Positions 61,603 to 64,000 of a stretch of DNA of 64,000 nucleotides are shown here, one piece after another. The position numbers and the translations under genes are program-made. Positions within the stretch are counted from its first letter, which is position 1. Each line of letters starts with the position of its first letter. Below the pieces are notes generated by a model that saw nothing but the letters and a program-made list of their open reading frames with translations, made no database searches and was not told the origin of the DNA. The DNA comes from an uncultured Alphaproteobacteria bacterium. GTDB lineage: Bacteria > Pseudomonadota > Alphaproteobacteria > RF32 > CAG-239. The DNA lies in contig CALXTU010000002.1 in NCBI GenBank assembly GCA_944391495.1, positions 211,736-275,735 on the forward strand, in the 5' to 3' direction.

Positions 61603-62655
61603 ATGAGATCTGATGAATATACAGAATTAAAAGAATGTACGTTGAAAAAAGCTCCAGATTACTTACCAGAAAAATTAAAAGATAGAATTAATGAAATTAT
61701 CGAATCTATACGATATGTTCAAACAAATCCTTATGTATGCTATCGCAGTCTAAAATATCCTAATTTTCCGCCGGTTGTGTATGAAAAGGATTCGGATGAT
61801 TGGTATAGATATTTGAAATATCTTAATAGATTACAAAGATGTTTTTGTTTGATTAGTAATGAGAAAGTTGCTGAGATATGGAAAACATTTGAAAAATATG
61901 CAAAATCTCATTTTGATTATTCTAGTCTTTATACTTGGATTACAAATAATTTTTGCCGCCAAATTAATTATGAACAAGATATACATCAATGGGGAATGTC
62001 TAGTGAAATACAGTCCAGCATTGATGCGCATATATCCATAAAGAGATCTCCAGAAGATATTTTAAAAAAGGCACAAGAACTATATAATATATTCAATAGT
62101 AATATTTCTCTAATAGCTCCAGATGGGGCTGATTGCTTTGAAGATTTAGATAAAAATAATCCTGAAGATCAAAAATTTTTAGATGAAAATGGTAATCCTC
62201 CATATAAAATCAATTGGGATTTACTTATCACTGATGATGAATATTTCGAATTTATTGACATTTTTAAGAAAATTCTAGAAAAACTTCATAATAGAGTAAA
62301 GCTCAAAGATTCTGAGAGATATAAAACAACTGTTTTTCTGCATAATCCTATATCAAGAAAAAAAGGTATTGATGGCGCTCAAGAAATTTATTTTGCACGT
62401 GAGTTATATATTAAATTTATGCAAGAATTTAATAGACCTTTGTATGGCACAATTTCATTAATATTGGAACACTTATTCGGTAGTACGTACACGGAAAATG
62501 AGGTCATAAAGTTTTGCTCCTCTGTTAGAAGGCGTTATAAAGGACTTGAAAAAGAAATAAAGTGCCAAGGATATGAACCCAAATTAGAAGATTCATTTAT
62601 TTTATCAAAAATAGCTAATAATCTAAAAAGTGAAGATTCAAAGAAGAAAAAATAG
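61603..62655 (+). CDS. hypothetical 351-aa island protein
   Basis: A ggagag RBS precedes the ATG, which abuts the integrase stop. No recognisable motifs are present. Confidence 0.5.
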   Translation: MRSDEYTELKECTLKKAPDYLPEKLKDRINEIIESIRYVQTNPYVCYRSLKYPNFPPVVYEKDSDDWYRYLKYLNRLQRCFCLISNEKVAEIWKTFEKYAKSHFDYSSLYTWITNNFCRQINYEQDIHQWGMSSEIQSSIDAHISIKRSPEDILKKAQELYNIFNSNISLIAPDGADCFEDLDKNNPEDQKFLDENGNPPYKINWDLLITDDEYFEFIDIFKKILEKLHNRVKLKDSERYKTTVFLHNPISRKKGIDGAQEIYFARELYIKFMQEFNRPLYGTISLILEHLFGSTYTENEVIKFCSSVRRRYKGLEKEIKCQGYEPKLEDSFILSKIANNLKSEDSKKKK

Positions 62656-62754
62656 CTTGAAACTCCATTATATTATAATCTGAAATTTATAAAAATACTC
62701 CATAGCAAGTGCAAAAAGCTTGCAATTAGTAATAATAAATATGGAGTATTTAAA

Positions 62755-62973
62755 ATGATTGAAAATAATGTTCCTTCGCTTTTTACAATTAATGGATTTT
62801 GTGAAAAGCATTCTTTTTTAACCCCTTCAGCGTTGAGAAATAAAATCTTTTATTCGTCTCAAAATAGGATGGATGAATTTAAGGTTACATTGAAGTTGGG
62901 CAAACGAGTTTATATCAATGAATTAAACTTTTTTAATTGGTTGAACGCCATGAACGGAGGTGCTCATGACTAA
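62755..62973 (+). CDS. small putative DNA-binding protein (excisionase/AlpA-like position)
   Basis: The 72-aa product lies between the integrase and the Rep-like gene. Confidence 0.35.
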   Translation: MIENNVPSLFTINGFCEKHSFLTPSALRNKIFYSSQNRMDEFKVTLKLGKRVYINELNFFNWLNAMNGGAHD

Positions 62974-63166
62974 TACTCCGTTAAAAGCAATTAAAGCCAG
63001 ATGTCTTGATTGTTGTGGTGATGATCATCCTCGTAAATGTGTGTGCATTAATTGTCCGTTATATCCATTTAGATTGGGAAAAAATACGCTACTTCCTAAA
63101 AGGCAAATATCAGATAGCCATCGGGCATCTTTAATGAAAAATATCCAAAAAAGGTGGGAGAAATAG
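62960..63166 (+). CDS. small Cys-rich zinc-finger protein
   Basis: The product has the Cys cluster CLDCCGDDHPRKCVCINC. Confidence 0.4.
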   Translation: MLMTNTPLKAIKARCLDCCGDDHPRKCVCINCPLYPFRLGKNTLLPKRQISDSHRASLMKNIQKRWEK

Positions 63167-63168
63167 TA

Positions 63169-63852
63169 ATGGAAAAAAAGGAAAATCGTAAACTATTAAC
63201 TAATTATGTTAAAAGTCAGTGTGGAACAGGTTTTTTATCAATTAAGCATTGCTCTAAGCTGAGTAACTCTTTAGTTAATAATATAATATATAATTTAAAT
63301 AATATATATACATCCAAATGGAAAGAGCTTAATAAAATTGATAAAGTAAAACTATTTTTTGAACATATAGTTGATAGTTCTTGGAGTGCTATAACGCTTC
63401 GTTTCTCAGAAGATTTGGTAGCCAAGTGCATTTATAACACCAAAATAACAGATTTTATTCGTAGACGCCTCAACGAGAATTTTAAGAATCGGCTAGGATA
63501 TGTTCCGGAATACCTGTTTAGCCTAGAGTTTGATAATAAAATGTTTCATATTCACGGTGTGATTAAACCGGATAATAATTTTGATCTTATTAAAAAGATT
63601 CTTAAAACAACGGCTTTTTCTAAAAAGAATCGGGGTTTTCATTATCCTGAGCAATTTAAGCTTAGATGTAGAATGATTTATAGTCCTAAAGGTTGGGGGC
63701 GTTATATTTTGAAAAAAAGCTATCACCCAAAGTTTGATATTTATATTTGCAATCCCATAACACGGCAAATCGCAAAAAAATATTGTGAACTTCTTAGCTC
63801 AAAAAACATTCATAACGCTATCAGGCTTACTAATTGTTCTAAAGTAGATTAA
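63169..63852 (+). CDS. HUH-motif replication initiator/relaxase-like protein
   Basis: The product has FHIHGVI (the HUH motif) followed by the candidate catalytic tyrosines in YILKKSY. The RBS is aggtggga. Confidence 0.45.
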   Translation: MEKKENRKLLTNYVKSQCGTGFLSIKHCSKLSNSLVNNIIYNLNNIYTSKWKELNKIDKVKLFFEHIVDSSWSAITLRFSEDLVAKCIYNTKITDFIRRRLNENFKNRLGYVPEYLFSLEFDNKMFHIHGVIKPDNNFDLIKKILKTTAFSKKNRGFHYPEQFKLRCRMIYSPKGWGRYILKKSYHPKFDIYICNPITRQIAKKYCELLSSKNIHNAIRLTNCSKVD

Positions 63853-63904
63853 AGTAGATTGAAAATACCTTTGAACTAGTACTACAAAAATTAGGAGATA
63901 TAAC

Positions 63905-64000
63905 ATGATTTATGGATATATTCGCGTCTCGACTGACAAACAAGACTGTGAAAATCAAAAATTGGGTATCGAACAAAAGGCAAAATCTCTGAAGCTCAAA
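63905..64000 (+). CDS. serine recombinase (resolvase/invertase), N-terminal part
   Basis: The product begins MIYGYIRVSTDKQD, which includes the catalytic Ser motif. Confidence 0.7.
   Translation, partial: MIYGYIRVSTDKQDCENQKLGIEQKAKSLKLK

Larger units (their letters stand above)
60233..64000 (+). mobile_element. low-GC integrative element inserted next to tRNA-fMet (the right end lies beyond the window)
   Basis: GC drops to about 30%. The segment encodes a tyrosine integrase, an HTH protein, a Zn-finger protein, an HUH Rep-like protein and a serine recombinase. Confidence 0.7.

Overview
This 64 kb window reads as an alphaproteobacterial chromosome segment; a clear CtrA orthologue at 44879-45568 sets the lineage. 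The core genes are about 55% GC and include ileS (5' part), eno, a dCMP deaminase, tyrS, anmK, trpS, serS, sdaA, fbaA, tkt, the yfgM-bamB-der cluster, sodB, fliJ/fliI, ctrA, an nrdD/nrdG operon, pepF, an IMPase and cspA. Lower-GC accessory patches sit between them.

Several features stand out. (1) A signal-less GH24 lysozyme-like protein is flanked by two near-identical secreted small-protein paralogues, which looks like an effector/immunity module. (2) A likely permuted two-piece tmRNA lies in the 750 nt gap upstream of trpS. (3) The class III ribonucleotide reductase appears naturally split, with its glycyl-radical loop on a separate 72-aa ORF. (4) A single ORF fuses MEMO1 and AMMECR1 domains (the AmmeMemoRadiSam A and B proteins) behind a membrane anchor, and an M49-like peptidase gene overlaps its 3' end. 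(5) A 967-aa lipoprotein carries four tandem repeats of about 165 aa each. (6) Two tandem VirB8-like genes sit next to a NodT-type outer-membrane factor that is fused to an Ig-like domain. (7) Modular palindromic repeat elements occur at two loci. (8) A low-GC integrative element at tRNA-fMet encodes an integrase, an HUH Rep-like protein and a serine recombinase.

Everything is called by eye from the sequence and the ORF track. No database searches were run.
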